Shown here one piece after another: positions 51,291-64,000 of a DNA stretch of 64,000 nt (position 1 is its first letter; every line of letters starts with the position of its first letter). Position numbers and translations under genes: made by a program. The DNA is from Phoronis australis (taxonomy: Eukaryota; Animalia; Phoronida), in contig NMRA01000807.1 in NCBI GenBank assembly GCA_002633005.1, positions 34,583 to 98,582 of the forward strand, written 5' to 3'. A model generated the notes under the pieces. The model had not been told where the DNA came from. It saw only the letters and a list, made by a program, of their open reading frames with translations, and searched no databases.

Positions 51291-51579
51291 CTTTGGAAAG
51301 CCCGACCACGACGAGTTGTCTATAATCGTCCCCATCGAGCAATGTTGTGTTGTGCGCCATTCCACGTTACAGAAGCTCGTATTGCTTCATACTGGCCCAA
51401 TTCGGCTGAGTCAACTGATGAGGACGTCTTTAAGTCGTGACGCAATCAACGCCGATCCAATCCTTCCCGAAAATCATCTCCGAGCTCTCGACCGACGCGT
51501 TGGAATCATTTTAAAAGTGATCCATACTTGTTCAGTCGAAAAGGGTGTCCGTAGAGTTGTCATAGACGACGGGTTCTAA
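51291..51579 (+). CDS. FAM20C: FAM20C-like terminal coding exon 7
   Basis: tttttccag| acceptor; FGKPDHDELSIIVPIEQCC...HLRALDRRVGIILKVIHTC...DDGF, stop TAA. The seven exons total 1644 nt = 547 aa plus stop. Confidence 0.96.
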
Positions 51580-51676
51580 GAGAATGAGTCGTGTTTGATA
51601 AAACAACACGAACTGTTGCAAAATATCAGGACGCAAATGAGATCGATTTGAACACGTTGACAGTGCTCTGTGTTCT

Positions 51677-51682
51677 AATAAA
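51677..51682 (+). terminator. Candidate polyadenylation signal of the FAM20C-like gene
   Basis: AATAAA about 100 nt after the stop codon. Confidence 0.4.
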
Positions 51683-52550
51683 GTTAACTGTTTTCATCGG
51701 AAATGAACAGGTGCGCCTAACGGATCGTGCCAGTTGATGTAAAGTGCAAGGTTTGGCCTAATAGTGTTGTCAAGCGCTTGCAAAAGATGCAACTGTTATC
51801 TCACAAAGTGTAGAAACGTGCGACCTCAACTGATTCCAATTGCGTCCATACTATCAGCTGGTTTAAACAGAATATTCAAGGCACAGGTGACCAATTTATG
51901 GCATCTCAGTCATGGCAGTGCACGCAAAAAGGCAGCCCGTGATTGTGAAGTTTTAAATTGATGTTCCAACGAAGTGAATGGAGATGAGCAGGGCATGTAC
52001 AATTAGAGAACTCACGACAATGTCGAGATAACGCAAACTTACGCAAGATCTACGTCATGTGAACTGCATGGTCTCGCATATATTTGTTTTCATTTGCGTA
52101 GAGCCAATGAACGCACCCCAGGTGCCCGGTACTTTGAATGCAATTGAATCAGATACGCGGTTAAGTTGTTTTGTGTTTTTTTTCACTATCATTTCATCTC
52201 TTGGCAGGTCCGCAGGAAGGCAAAAATTACTGGGGGGGGGGGCACAAACCATTTCGAGTTCACCAAACTACCCCCCTCCCCCCATCGCCACCAACTCCAC
52301 CACCCCGTGCTCCTAATGCCACCAGTATTTGTATCGAATCTCCCCCGTCCGCCTTATGTGGGGACAATCCCGAGGATGCAGCCACCAAGAGTTGAGTAAC
52401 CGTGAACCGACATGGAGAGTAAGAATAGGCCTAGGGCCAGTGCACTGACCTGAAGCGAGGAGCTGCCTCAAGTATCTATAGCGGAGATCTAACAGTGTGA
52501 AAATACGAAATTCTCGATGAACTAAAGCTAGTTGCTGGTCAGCTTAACTA

Positions 52551-53235
52551 TGATTCACTTGAGACTTTTAGCTCGTACCGGCCGTCTGCACTGGCTCTAA
52601 GATCAAGTTTCGTTTTATTGTGATCCAGCACCGGGAAAACTTTATTTTATTACAACAATTCTTTGAAGGAGTTTTTTTGAAAAGGTGAGGTACCGAGGTC
52701 CCTGATATAGTGCCTTTGGGACTGTTTCAAAATCTATCGTTGAAACACGACCGGAAGTCCAGTTTCTGGTGGTTGGGGAAAATGATACAGGGTGTTTCCC
52801 AAAAATGTACACACTTCAGCGCCTAAAGTTCAGTTCCCGTGGATCCCTGAGATTCTGCACGGACCTACTGCATGATTATATTTTATTTTTAANTGATTCA
52901 CTTGAGACTTGTAGCTCGTACCGGCCGTCTGCACTGGCTCTAAGATCAAGTTTCGTTTTATTGTAATCCAGCACCGGGAAAACTTTATTTTATTACAACA
53001 ATTCTTTGAAGGAGTTTTTTTGAAAAGGTGAGGTACCGAGGTCCCTGATATAGTGCCTTTGGGACTGTTTCAAAATCTATCGTTGAAACACGACCGGAAG
53101 TCCAGTTTCTGGTGGTTGGGGAAAATGATACAGGGTGTTTCCCAAAAATGTACACACTTCAGCGCCTAAAGTTCAGTTCCCGTGGATCCCTGAGATTCTG
53201 CACGGACCTACTGCATGATTATATTTTATTTTTAA
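52551..53235. other. 342-bp direct duplication around a single N (probable scaffolding artefact)
   Basis: 52551-52892 matches 52894-53235 with one visible mismatch; N at 52893. Confidence 0.85.
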
Positions 53236-53589
53236 CTTGGGTGCGTCAGTCATGACGTGCACGGGAATCAGGCAGTTCCGTTATGACGAACAAAACTCCA
53301 TTGGTCAATACTACGAGAAAATAAAAACATCAAGGAAGTACAAAGACAACCTTTCCAAGCAATGAGTTCAATTTTATTTATTTAAGGACTTTTAAAACTT
53401 TTTTGATCTACGGTTTGTAAGTCTGAATTTCTTCAATGTCTAAGACTTATTCTAGATAGGCAAAAATCTTCTAAGTGTACTTCACTATTTGGCGATCGGA
53501 TTTTTAAACTTCAGGCTGCAATTAAATTCACTGAAATATCATCATTTCTTAAGATTAGCTACGAACTGCCAAAAATCATCTATAAATCT

Positions 53590-54375
53590 ATCGATTTTCG
53601 TAGATACATAAACAAGTAAAATTGAAACCAACGAAATTGTTTATCAAAATAAAATGTTATAAGCAATTTCCGCAGTCATGCTCGCAGATTTTTGGCGGGT
53701 AACCGGGGCAACATGGGAGATGGGGCATTCGTATTAAGGTGTATTTTTGCTCAATTCAGAGGTTCATGTACCTATAACGGTTCACGAGGTAAATTTGAAC
53801 TCCACTGACAAAAAACGCTGTTCATGATTTCGAGAGTTCTTTAAGTACCCCCTTTCGACATCTACACGATCATTAGAAATAGTAGCATAGACAGCAGTGT
53901 TTTCCACATGTGGAAATTCCTTACAAAGAAATCATTGTAACCATGCACGCACCCAGGGGACTCGGGGGGGAGGGCTCGCACGAGCCCCTTCCCATTTGGC
54001 GAAGTGGGCAAACAGGTCCCCCTCAGAGAAACTTAAAGTCCGAGAAAAACGAGACAAAAGTCCACTAAAAAGGCAAAAAGTTTGAAATTCGGCGGGAATG
54101 CTCAATTCATAGCTCTGATCGTAGCACCCCATTTATTTTTCTTAGCCCCCGTTTTTCAGTGGAATGCCCACATTCTCAAAAATTCGAGCCCTCTATATTT
54201 TAGGTTGGCTGCGCGCATGGTAACCATCTTCAAAAGAGATACTATTCTTGTGATACTACGGGAAACACTAACATAACTAACCATCGGAAATATTCCTTTT
54301 GTGTTACTCGCAAATAGTGGTCTTCACGTTCTTTAAAATTCCACCCTTTCTATGGCGGTCAATCCTATTGTATTT
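53590..54375 (+). repeat. Dispersed repeat, paralog of 46050-46575, carrying a MITE insertion
   Basis: Direct similarity. Confidence 0.85.
53942..54219. mobile_element. MITE with CATG termini and 5-bp TSD GTAAC
   Basis: GTAAC[CATGCACGCA...TGCGCGCATG]GTAAC; the paralog at ~46408 has a single GTAAC. Confidence 0.88.
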
Positions 54376-55829
54376 TGTTCACGTTTTTGGTTGTTTGGGT
54401 CGAATGTCTTGATACTGCTGTGATGGCACGAATATATAATGCATTCTTTTGATAAATTTGGAATCTCAAATTCCCTCGTGAATACTCGGCAGCGTCGGAT
54501 TTCCATGTACTGTATAGAGGGACAAAGGGGCATTTCCCCCGAACTGCTTCACCGAGAGAAGGTCCCGTCTGAAATGTGACACCTTGAGATGAAAGGCTAG
54601 ACATCATTACGCTTGGAAAACGAGTGACAGTTCATTCCACCGTCGGGTTGTCACAAAACGATGCAGGAAGTGACCTTCAACGTGAAAGCCGGTTGCACGA
54701 TTTCACAAAAAGCAGCAAAATGGAGGTAATCGATTCCAACATTAGGCCCTCTCTCCGTGTGAGGCCCCTTTCGAATTTGTCAATAAAAACACAAAAAAGT
54801 GACCACTTGAATATCATCAATGCCCTCCTTCAAGGGCGGGGCCCCTAAAGATGAAAGTATCTATATATTTTTCGAAAATCAGGAAATGCGCAGCAATTGA
54901 TGTTATCTGTCTTGTTATCAATTGCTCAAGTGATATACAGTTTCGACAAAGAAATAAAGCGAAAGTTGTCTCCGTTATCTCTTGCCAGAGAGGGGCCTCT
55001 GGAAAAACATAGCTTTGCATTCGCTAGACTGACTTATTGAATTTAAAAATTAGTACGCTCCGCAAGAGCTTCGCTTTACAAATTTTCTCGATTTGTCGAA
55101 GTATATGTGCGAGTATGATAGATTACGTGCACATTTTCAAGTGCGTTCAGACGACCTGCGCTCGAAGAAGCGGAGACCCTAACAATGTCCTGGCCAGGGT
55201 CCTCAAAAAGGTAAACCATGCACTGTTGTTAAATGTTCTTTTAGAATTTTCTCTATTATCCGTATTCCGCTGTCTTTCTTTTCTCTATTATCTCCTGCCC
55301 CACGCCTATTTCGGTTACCCCGGTTTAACCCTGACGCCTGAAAATTTAAACTTTTTGGGGGGCCAGTGCCCCCGGCTCCCCCGCTTTCTACAGCCCTGAC
55401 TTCGCTACAGATTCCCCCCACAACACGTCTGTCGCGTTCATAAATATACTCCACGAATATATACGGCTCACAGACGCATAAACTTAGTTCACTGACAGAC
55501 GAACGTAACTACACCGGCAGCCAAAATACGACGGTAACGGACTCAAACTTACTTAATCCATGTCCGTGTACCGTCATGGGCGGTCAGTGAGACGTATTTG
55601 TGAGCCCCACCATGAGTTTTCTGGTTGCGCATGTCGTGTTTTGTGAGTACATTATATAATGAATCAGACATGTTTGTGAGGCGATGAACTGAGCAATGAA
55701 TCGGATGCTCTTGCCCTATTTGTAAGTGAAGTAACTATGTTAACGTATCTGCAACAGTCACGGATTTAAATCTCTACCTTGGGATACCTTAGGTAAAATG
55801 TGGGAATAAAAATAACAGAACAAAATTAT

Positions 55830-57081
55830 TTACAATGGCGAATGTGCAAATCCGCCATCTTGAGTTTTTTTGTTTGTTCGCACGATACAGGTCGCAATTT
55901 TCGTCCGATCATCACGAAATTTACTTCCGGAAGTACTGGAAGCCTATTGTTTTTCATCAAAATCGGATCCAAGATGGCGGCTGTGGCGGTCATTTTGTTT
56001 TCATTTAAAGGTTCAAATGCATCTGGAGGCTACAATTTTTTACGTAAAAAGCTAAGAATCGGCACAGTAAATGGACCGGAGGTTTGCTACGAGTATACCG
56101 AAAATTGTTTACTTCCGGTCAAAGATGGCGGAAATATCGGCGATCGCGCATGCGCACCTCGATTTTGGCTTAAAAACGTTTTCTCCTGTAGAGGGCGAAT
56201 TATAAGACCAATTCCTTTGAATTTTTACAGGTATTAGTTTCTTATGACATGCTATTATACAAAGCCAAAAAACCGGAAGTTGCTTTCAAGATGGCGGATC
56301 TGGCGGATGTTGACCCATTTTCAGTCGGGCTGGAGTGTGATTTTAAACGGGAAGAGAAAAAGACGTGATTTTTTGCATGTGGATTCTTTGAAGTATATTT
56401 TTTCAAATGGCCTATAACAACTTTTTTCTCAGACTTACCGTTTTCGAGTTATTTGACTTTGGATTTCTTAAAAAATAGGCAAATTTTAATTTTTTCGAAA
56501 AATTTACGGAATTAGGCGATACCATCAGTTTAGATAGAATTTTGAACGAGCTTTCAGAAGATGTTTTCCATTTTTCGCTAGGACGTCTACTTTTTGAGTT
56601 ATTTGAGATTTTCTGATAACGCTGTTCCTTTGTTGAGCGCTCTTGCTGCATTGATGTTGGTTGAACTAGACTGTAGCCTATTTCTTATTGATTTATAACA
56701 TCTAAGTTTTTTTTTTCACTGTGATATATATTTATTGAAGGATACACAGAACATACAAAGAAATAATAACAAACCCATCTAAGTTCGTCATATGAATGTT
56801 GTGATGTTGTTCATCATCGCCACCACCATCATCATATTCGTCATCATCGTCATCACCTTCGTCATCATCTCCATCGTTGTCTTTTCCCTTAATTTCGCCA
56901 AGTGTCGCTCAAGACTGTAGCCTTTTTCTTACTGATTTCGGACTTCTACGTTCGTCATGTGTATGTTATTATTACTTCTTTTGTTCATCCTCGCCATCAT
57001 CGTCGTCATATTCGTCATCATCTTTATCGTCATCTTTTTGGTTTATTTCGCCAAGTTTCGCTCCTCGGAGCGCTTTCATTT
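55830..57081 (+). mobile_element. HINE family A copy
   Basis: Colinear with 5390-6586; ends tttcgccaagtttcGCTCctcgGAGCgctttcattt. Confidence 0.8.
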
Positions 57082-59722
57082 AATTTGATTTCTTATCAAA
57101 AAATTAATATTAAACGAATAACTAGTGAAGCAACTGTATTTTTTTATAGAAATTTGGAAATGAATAAAGTCAACGTTGCCGCACCCCACCGTCCGTCGAC
57201 TGTGACTCCGGAGCCCGGTCTGCAATCTCCGTCAGGCTCATACTCATACTCGAGATTTCATACTCAAAATCGTGCTCACTGGAGTCGTAGGCCTACTCCA
57301 AAAAGCGTATTTAATGTCACATTTCGAGTAGACTCCAAACGCGTACTCAAATCTGAGAATCAGTTATGATGTGAAATGCAAAACCACGAAAAGTCGCACT
57401 TCATGATTCAGCGCTCCCTATATTCGCATCGACTACCCTAGCAACTAATTTATCGTCAGCTCTCGCTACAAGGAGTATAACGTGGAATGTTGAGTGTTCT
57501 GTAACAATATTATCCTACCATTTCTTGATGCATTTGCCATATCAAGCTTTACTTCTTGAGTTCCTTAGTCCCGCCGGAAAATGGTGTCTCAAGACTGAAA
57601 CCGCTTATCAAAGAAAGTCAGCCGGCCGGAGCGGAGCAGCCAAAATCTCTGACTGATTTAGTCAGGCGTCATTCACCCGGCCTACACTGACTCATTGCTC
57701 CTAAAATTGGCATGGTCACACCAACGATTGACGGCATATTGAAATTATCTTTTTCATTAACGTAGTGGTGGGCCGGTGACCCCGGTACGGGAGTCGGGTA
57801 CCATATCACAGGCCTGCAACCAACATTTTTAAGGGAGAGTTCGAATTGCACATTTTCTTTGAAGGGAGGCCGAATTTCAAAAGTTTGTACCTTAATTGCC
57901 AGCGGTGGTGTTCTTTTCTAGGTTGTCCACGTCAGCCCGAAACTCTGACCGGAGTCGACATTTGGGCCGCAGTTGTTTTATTACTGGTCAACCCCTGTTC
58001 TCTCTTGCATAGAACCCATTGCCGTGTAGGCCTATGCTGAAGTCAAAACTTTGATACTGTATCTTTGCATTTTACCGGGATGTATCAAGTTAGCAGACGT
58101 TTGGCGCGTGAGTTAAAAACACTTCATGTAGTGCACTATAGGCAGGCATTCAGAGTTCATCAGTGAACGGCACGAGACGTCTACTCATAAATCGGCAAAA
58201 CATCCGGAATATCATTCGGGGATGGTAAATGTTTTTGACAGTTGACACTATGTCATATCTTAGCCAATGAAAGCTGAAGATTCGAGAATAAACTTAGATC
58301 TGAGCTCAGGGATGAAAAATTGCTGACGTAACTAACAGTTGTGTTCGTATAACACCTAATTGCGTGCTACAAATCAAAAACAAGGCACCCAACGAACAGG
58401 CAAGAGATGTCTTCTTTATGAGCTCTTTGTCTTTGAGTCGAATTGCCATGAACGCCTTGGGACAAGCAGAATTGCCAAAGTAGGTATCTTTATATTCTAA
58501 GGTGATATGAAGTGATACACGGGTTTTAATCCCTGGGTGTACCTTTGCAATTGGTGTGCCCTGAATCATTATCTTCTTTAAAGGCGTAATATGGTCTTCT
58601 ACAACATTCTCGCATTTTGGGAACCCGTTTTTCTAAACTAAATGATGATCATCAAATTGGTTCTCAAAATCTGGGACTCTCGTAAGTGACTATTGTCCAC
58701 TTCTAAGAATAAAACCTGAATATCTATGATTTAGGAAGTTGTGTATTTGAACGATGAATGTCTTTAAAGCAGTGCTATTGTAGACCAGCGACATGTGATA
58801 AACTCACGTTATCGAATGGTGTAGTGACGTCATTCTTAGGCAATCATCCCTTCAATCATTGACACAAACTTGGTTGAAGGTTTGACTGTACTTTTTGTTA
58901 GACAGCCTAATCTATACTTGCTCGTAGTCTGTGTGCAATCTCTGTATTTCGATTTCGATATTGTATAGAGACTACTACTAAGTACATATTAAGCTGTCTA
59001 ACAAAAAGTACAGTTGTGTAGCTAAGTTTATGAGTGACAGATCGCAGTACAGCATGAACACGATGAAAGTAACGGTGGTATTGCATTTTTTGCCCTGCTG
59101 TATTGAATTTCACAGTACTTCCCTAGTAGACTTGTTGATGACACCCTGAAGATACGTTGTGAAAAATGTTAACGAATTCGGTTGGTAAATCGCTGAGAAA
59201 TTTCTTTTCAAAAAGTAGTTCACTTTTTGGGACACTCGATATGTTTATTTCATTTCAAGTATTCAAGGTTATGTGGACCCAAAGTTCATTTCCTAATCAC
59301 AGTAAGACTACAGAGCTACCATTACTACTAGTCAACGGGAATGAACACATATATTAGTTAGTGAGGTTGTTCCTGGTATTTGATTCGTGTAGAGAATTTT
59401 AGAATACCGTAATCCTTTGCCAGGAAATGACGTCGGCGATTAGTCCTGTATTTACATGCTATGGTCACGAAAGTGTTGGGACTGGGTGGGAATGTGTACT
59501 TGATTATTAACATAAATACTGAACAACTTGAGAAAGTCTGGTAGTATGCATTTAAGAATGTTTACATCAGGTATCCTGTTCTAGATTTTACTCTAAAAGT
59601 GTGGTATTGTTTTATTTTTGACAAGTTCATTGCAGCACAGGATTTTCGGCTGAAAATGAACCCATGCAGCGTCTCCGTCAGTGCCCATAAGGTGACATAT
59701 TCATATGAAGTATTGCATTTTC

Positions 59723-61807
59723 AACAAGAGCAACACGGAGCGTTGAAATGCGCCCACGAATACATTGCAAATGGTGTGCTTTCGGGGTTGTTTATTTGTG
59801 TCATAAAAATGGCCACTAGATGGCGCAAAAACGTACAATCCATCCGAAAATGGGAACATGTCATTGCTTCTTTAATTGAAAGCTACACACCAAATTTCAT
59901 AGATCCGTTACGGAACATCAAAGAAACAAAGGAAAAGAGAATGAAATGAAATTGCCACTAGAGGGTACATTGTTCATTGGATCCGCCTGAAAGTTGTCAT
60001 TGTCTGTTGTTAGTTTCATGTAAATACACTTACTAATCAAATTAAATATAGATCCTGCAATGGGTTTAGGAGACACAGCTATGGGCGCAAAACAAAACAA
60101 AACTAACACTAGGAGGCGCTACAGTAGTCAAAGTTGTCATCGTCAACCGTCCTCTTCACACTGAGAAGATATACGCCAATTTTCAAAACCATCCTTAGAA
60201 TGATTTGGTTGATGGAGGCTGAGGTAGATGCCAAAAAACAGACTCGAAAACAGCAAAAATGGCCACTAGGTGGCGCAAATACCTTGATTCCATCAGAAAA
60301 CTGGAGGATAGCGTCGTCTCACCAATAGATACCCGTATTCAAAATTTTATGAAATCCGTTGAGGACTTTTGAAGATACAGAGGTAAACGTAAATCTAAAA
60401 TTGCCACCAGGGGTCACACCAGTAATCAGATCCATCCAAAAATCGCCGTCGTCCGTTGGCAACATCATTTAAACACACACTTGCTAAATTTATTAAAGCA
60501 TCTGCAAACGGTTTGGGAGATACAGCCATGGACGCAAAAACGAAACTGCCACTAGGAGGCGCCACTCCAACTTTCACAATTATCCTGAAAGCAGTTTAGT
60601 TGACAGAGGGGTGGACGCCAAAAAACAGAATCAAAAACAGTAAATATGGCCACTAGGTGGCGCAAACTAAATCAAATCCATTTGAAAACAGAAAGATAGC
60701 GTCACCTTTCTAACAGAAGCCAGTACGCCAAATTTTATGAAAATACGTCGAGGACTTTTGAAGATACAGAGGTAAACGTAAAAAATAAAATTTCCACTAG
60801 GTGGCACACCAGTAGTCAGACCTGTCCGAAAGTCGTTGTCGTCAGTTGTCAACATCATGTAAATGCCCTTACTAAATTTAGTAAAGGTCCTACAAACNAA
60901 CGAAACTGCCACTAGAAGGCGCCACTCCAACTTTCACAATTATCCTGAAAGCAGTTTGGTTGACAGAGGGGTGGACGCCAAAAAACAGAATCAAAAACAG
61001 TAAATATGGCCACTAGGTGGCGCAAACTAGGTCAAATCCATTTGAAAACAGAAAGATAGCGTCACCTTTCTAACAGAAGCCAGTACGCCAAATTTTATGA
61101 AAATACGTCGAGGACTTTTGAAGATACAGAGGTAAACGTAAAAAATAAAATTTCCACTAGGTGGCACACCAGTAGTCAGACCTGTCCGAAAGTCGTTGTC
61201 GTCAGTTGTCAACATCATGTAAATGCCCTCACCTTACTAAATTTAGTAAAGGTCCTACAAACGGTTTAGGAGATATAGCCATAGGCGCAAAAAAACGAAA
61301 CTGCCACTAGGAGGCGCCACAGTAGTCGCAGTCGTCGGAAAATCATCGTCAACCGTCCTCTTAACATACATGCCAATTTTCACAATCATGCTTAGAGCGG
61401 TTTGGTTGATAGAGGGATGGACGCTATAAAACAGACTCGAAAACAGTAAAAATCGCCACTAGGTGACTCAAACTATGTAGAATCCATACGAAAACGAGAG
61501 GATATTGTCGTCTCACTAATACTTGCCTATATATCAAATTTTGTGAAAATACGTTGAGGACCTTTGAAGATACAGAGGTAAACGTAAAAACTAAAACTGT
61601 CGCTAGGGGGCACACTGGTAGTCGGATCCTTCCGAAAGTTCGCTCATGCCGTCCCATCCATAAAAGGAACGCATGTGCAAAATTTCACGAGCATACGTCA
61701 ATCGGTTTTGGAGATAGAGCAGCGGACGCTGGACGGACGCCGCCCAGACGGACGGACGGAGATGACGGCATAATGCGTCCACATATAAATATGTGGGCGC
61801 CTAAAAA
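59723..61807 (-). mobile_element. DINE-1/HINE-like Helentron derivative (family C) with internal ~150-bp tandem array
   Basis: Minus strand starts TTTTTAGGCGCCCACATA-TTTA-TATGTGGACGC (palindrome), then a (GTCC)n microsatellite; ends GTGGGCGC plus CAAC..GTTG stem-loop plus CTTGTT. Confidence 0.82.
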
Positions 61808-61997
61808 TGCAAGAAGTTTAACTTAAACAGCCCATAATCAGAAACGTAGTGTGCATGTCAGGAAGCACTTGAAGCTTTGCGCACCGGAATTGACCCGAGT
61901 AACCTGTCCGCACTGGTGTGCGAAAATTCGATAGGTAAGGCCTATAAACAAAGATGAACGAACAAAATTTGACAGAAGTAGACACGGCCGTTTAAAG

Positions 61998-62085
61998 CGT
62001 TCACCGTTGCAAAGCTCAAACGTTGGCTACGTTGTAAAAAATGCAAGCTCGAATGGCGTCAACCTTGAGCCAGTTACATTAGGTA
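61998..62085 (+). pseudogene. SAP-like domain remnant (transposon accessory ORF)
   Basis: FTVAKLKRWLRCK-(frameshift)-NASSNG, followed by a G|gtaa donor. Confidence 0.4.
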
Positions 62086-62124
62086 AATACTACAGTTTTT
62101 TTTTACCCCTTTCTCCCCTATTTC

Positions 62125-62264
62125 CATGGGCAGTGCACCATAGGGGGCTGGGGGAGCCCCCCACTTTTTCAGTGCTCCGCTGCACATGGTCTGTAAGCGG
62201 TGCACCACAGGGGGGGCTGAGGAGGCTTTAGCCTCCTACTTTTTTCAGTGCTGCGCCGTAGATA
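62125..62264. mobile_element. Tandem pair of ~70-bp mini-MITEs
   Basis: Same family as 43220-43294. Confidence 0.7.
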
Positions 62265-63962
62265 TGCTGCTAAAGCTTTTTAACACATTTCCTGGGACAA
62301 CCTTTAAGTGGTCACTAAAGTCTGTCTCAAGATGCACCGTGCCACCAGAGGACGCGGCTTTCAAAATGTCGGATCTGCATATTGGCTATTGAGCGTTGTA
62401 ATAGCTATTATATTTGAACTTCCTGTTTCACGCAATGGTGAGCGCACAATGTAACTCTAATTTTGCGACGCGAATAAACATTGAGTGGTGAATGTGTTGT
62501 GTCGAGGCATCTTCTGTAACCGGTTTAAACACTAGTGTCATCATCACTATAACAAATTATAAATATGATATACTTTTCGAACGTTGCCAAAATTTTGGGT
62601 CTGGTTCAACTCTTTCGGTTATTTGTAGTTATTTGTAACCCCATTGTAAGTTGGTGCAAATGCCAACCTTTAAACAAACTTATTAGGTATCAGCCCTCTA
62701 TTTCGTGTGTTCGGTAAGATACCGAAAACATTTCTATTTTATAAGATTTCGTCTAGAACTTTCTTCTTTGTTCAGTGTAAAATAAACAAGATTCTTTCTC
62801 TTAAAATTGTTTTGAAGCTCAATTGCCAGCAACCGACTTGTACAAGAAAAATACTCAGAAATATTTTGTGCGCGCTTGGTTTTTGTTAATTTCCATGCAT
62901 CTGCATACTTTGAAATACAAATAAATTTCGTTCATTGGCTGTAGACGTAAAAGCTTTAAAACGTCATGATTTCTTGAATAAGGTCAACTATATTTTAGCA
63001 GATTTCTACCTCGCGTTGCGTGTGCGTGTGTGTGAATGTGTGCCAACGCTGGCTATTTCGAAATGTTACAGTGGACTCGTGTACTGAGTGAATTTTGCAG
63101 TTGGACATATACACCGGCAGTTGAACTTGTGTTAAGCTTACGTATCGCGACAGGGATCGAACAAAAATATTCTCAATTGAATCTTACGGAATTTCTGCAG
63201 TCTGCACAGTCCACTGTTTTCATAAGAGGCAATGAGGTCAAAAATGACCTTATTCCGACGGCTAATCAACGATTTCAAGAAATGTATCCCGTCGCTGGCC
63301 GATTTCACCAAACTAGTAGGGTAACAATCGCAAGGCAAACTTTGAGTAAATTACCAGATTCCGTCCGATGTGACTGTTTTTTTTAGTCGAGTCTCGAGTA
63401 AAGTTTGGAGAACACGGGCCTGATTCGGAATTACAAAGAATCGCGGTAAGTTCGACATTCTTACAAAAAAATTCCAGTGTACACTCTTGAGAAATGTCAC
63501 TGTTACCTCGTGTTATTTACACGTTTCCAAGCTGCGTACTGCTTGCAAACAGTCGAGTTTGCTCAAGTCGTGACAGAAATCTAGGCATGGAAGTGAGTTA
63601 CGGAAGGTGGAGACGCTTTGCATTGTTAGCAGAACGGGTGTTATGTACTGTCTGCGATGAGTGTGACCGGCAAACCAAACAAGACTGCTTGGATTCTGGT
63701 TTCGTATGTTACGGATGCGTAATGTCAAGAATAGCTACAACGCCCGTATACTTTAGGAGTTTTATGTTAGGAATATAGTTGTATGAGATAATTAGATCGC
63801 GCCGTTCCGTTGATTCAGTTTGTGAAATGATATTTCAAATCTAAACAAGTGTGTAGTTTATCTACATAAATAACAAGCGTGAATTGCGTGCTGTAAAAAA
63901 CTTTCCAGCACTCACGTGACCTACAGAACAATCTAGCAAGGAGAAATGTGTCTTTATATTAT

Positions 63963-64000
63963 CATAGGCGGATTTAGGGGGGGGGGGCCAGGGGGCCCGG
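63963..64000 (+). mobile_element. Start of a GC-rich MITE, cut by the window edge
   Basis: CATAGGCGGATTTAGGGGGGGGGGCCAGGGGGCCCGG terminus. Confidence 0.55.

Noticed and set aside
55800-57369. ORFs of 145 and 155 aa, including His/Arg-rich stretches
   Set aside because: They lie within HINE-A repeats, and the frames are not conserved in the paralogous copies.
59140-59190. Hammerhead-like CTGAAGA..cgtt/aacg..GAAT
   Set aside because: The GAAA core is broken, and no adjacent Penelope ORF could be recognised.
63036-63778. Possible exons of a neighbouring gene (donors at ~63447 and ~63593)
   Set aside because: No recognisable protein motif or consistent exon chain within the window.

Overview
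Eukaryotic, AT-rich genomic DNA, most likely from a marine invertebrate bilaterian (inference from repeat content). It holds one clear host gene: a spliced FAM20C-like Golgi/secretory-pathway kinase on the + strand (7 coding exons, 27004-51579, about 547 aa, all GT-AG introns, phases consistent). The catalytic residues are kept, but two adenine-pocket positions are unusual (HHYE->HHYN, HLDNG->LWDNG). The rest is mostly transposon-derived. (i) A nested cluster at 5.3-13.2 kb: a Helentron-type non-autonomous element (HINE) interrupted by an L2/CR1-type LINE and two Penelope-like elements; each Penelope has inverted terminal copies carrying minimal type I hammerhead ribozyme motifs. (ii) A self-nested HINE at 19.7-20.9 kb. 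(iii) A DINE-1-like HINE at 59.7-61.8 kb whose roughly 150-bp internal repeat carries about 14 same-orientation CTCF-like motifs. (iv) THAP, SWIM and SAP remnants of DNA transposons, several MITE families, LINE fragments and a tRNA-derived SINE head. Two single-N gaps are flanked by duplicated sequence and are probably assembly artefacts. Most short ORFs in the supplied track are spurious. All homology calls come from motif recognition by eye, not from searches.
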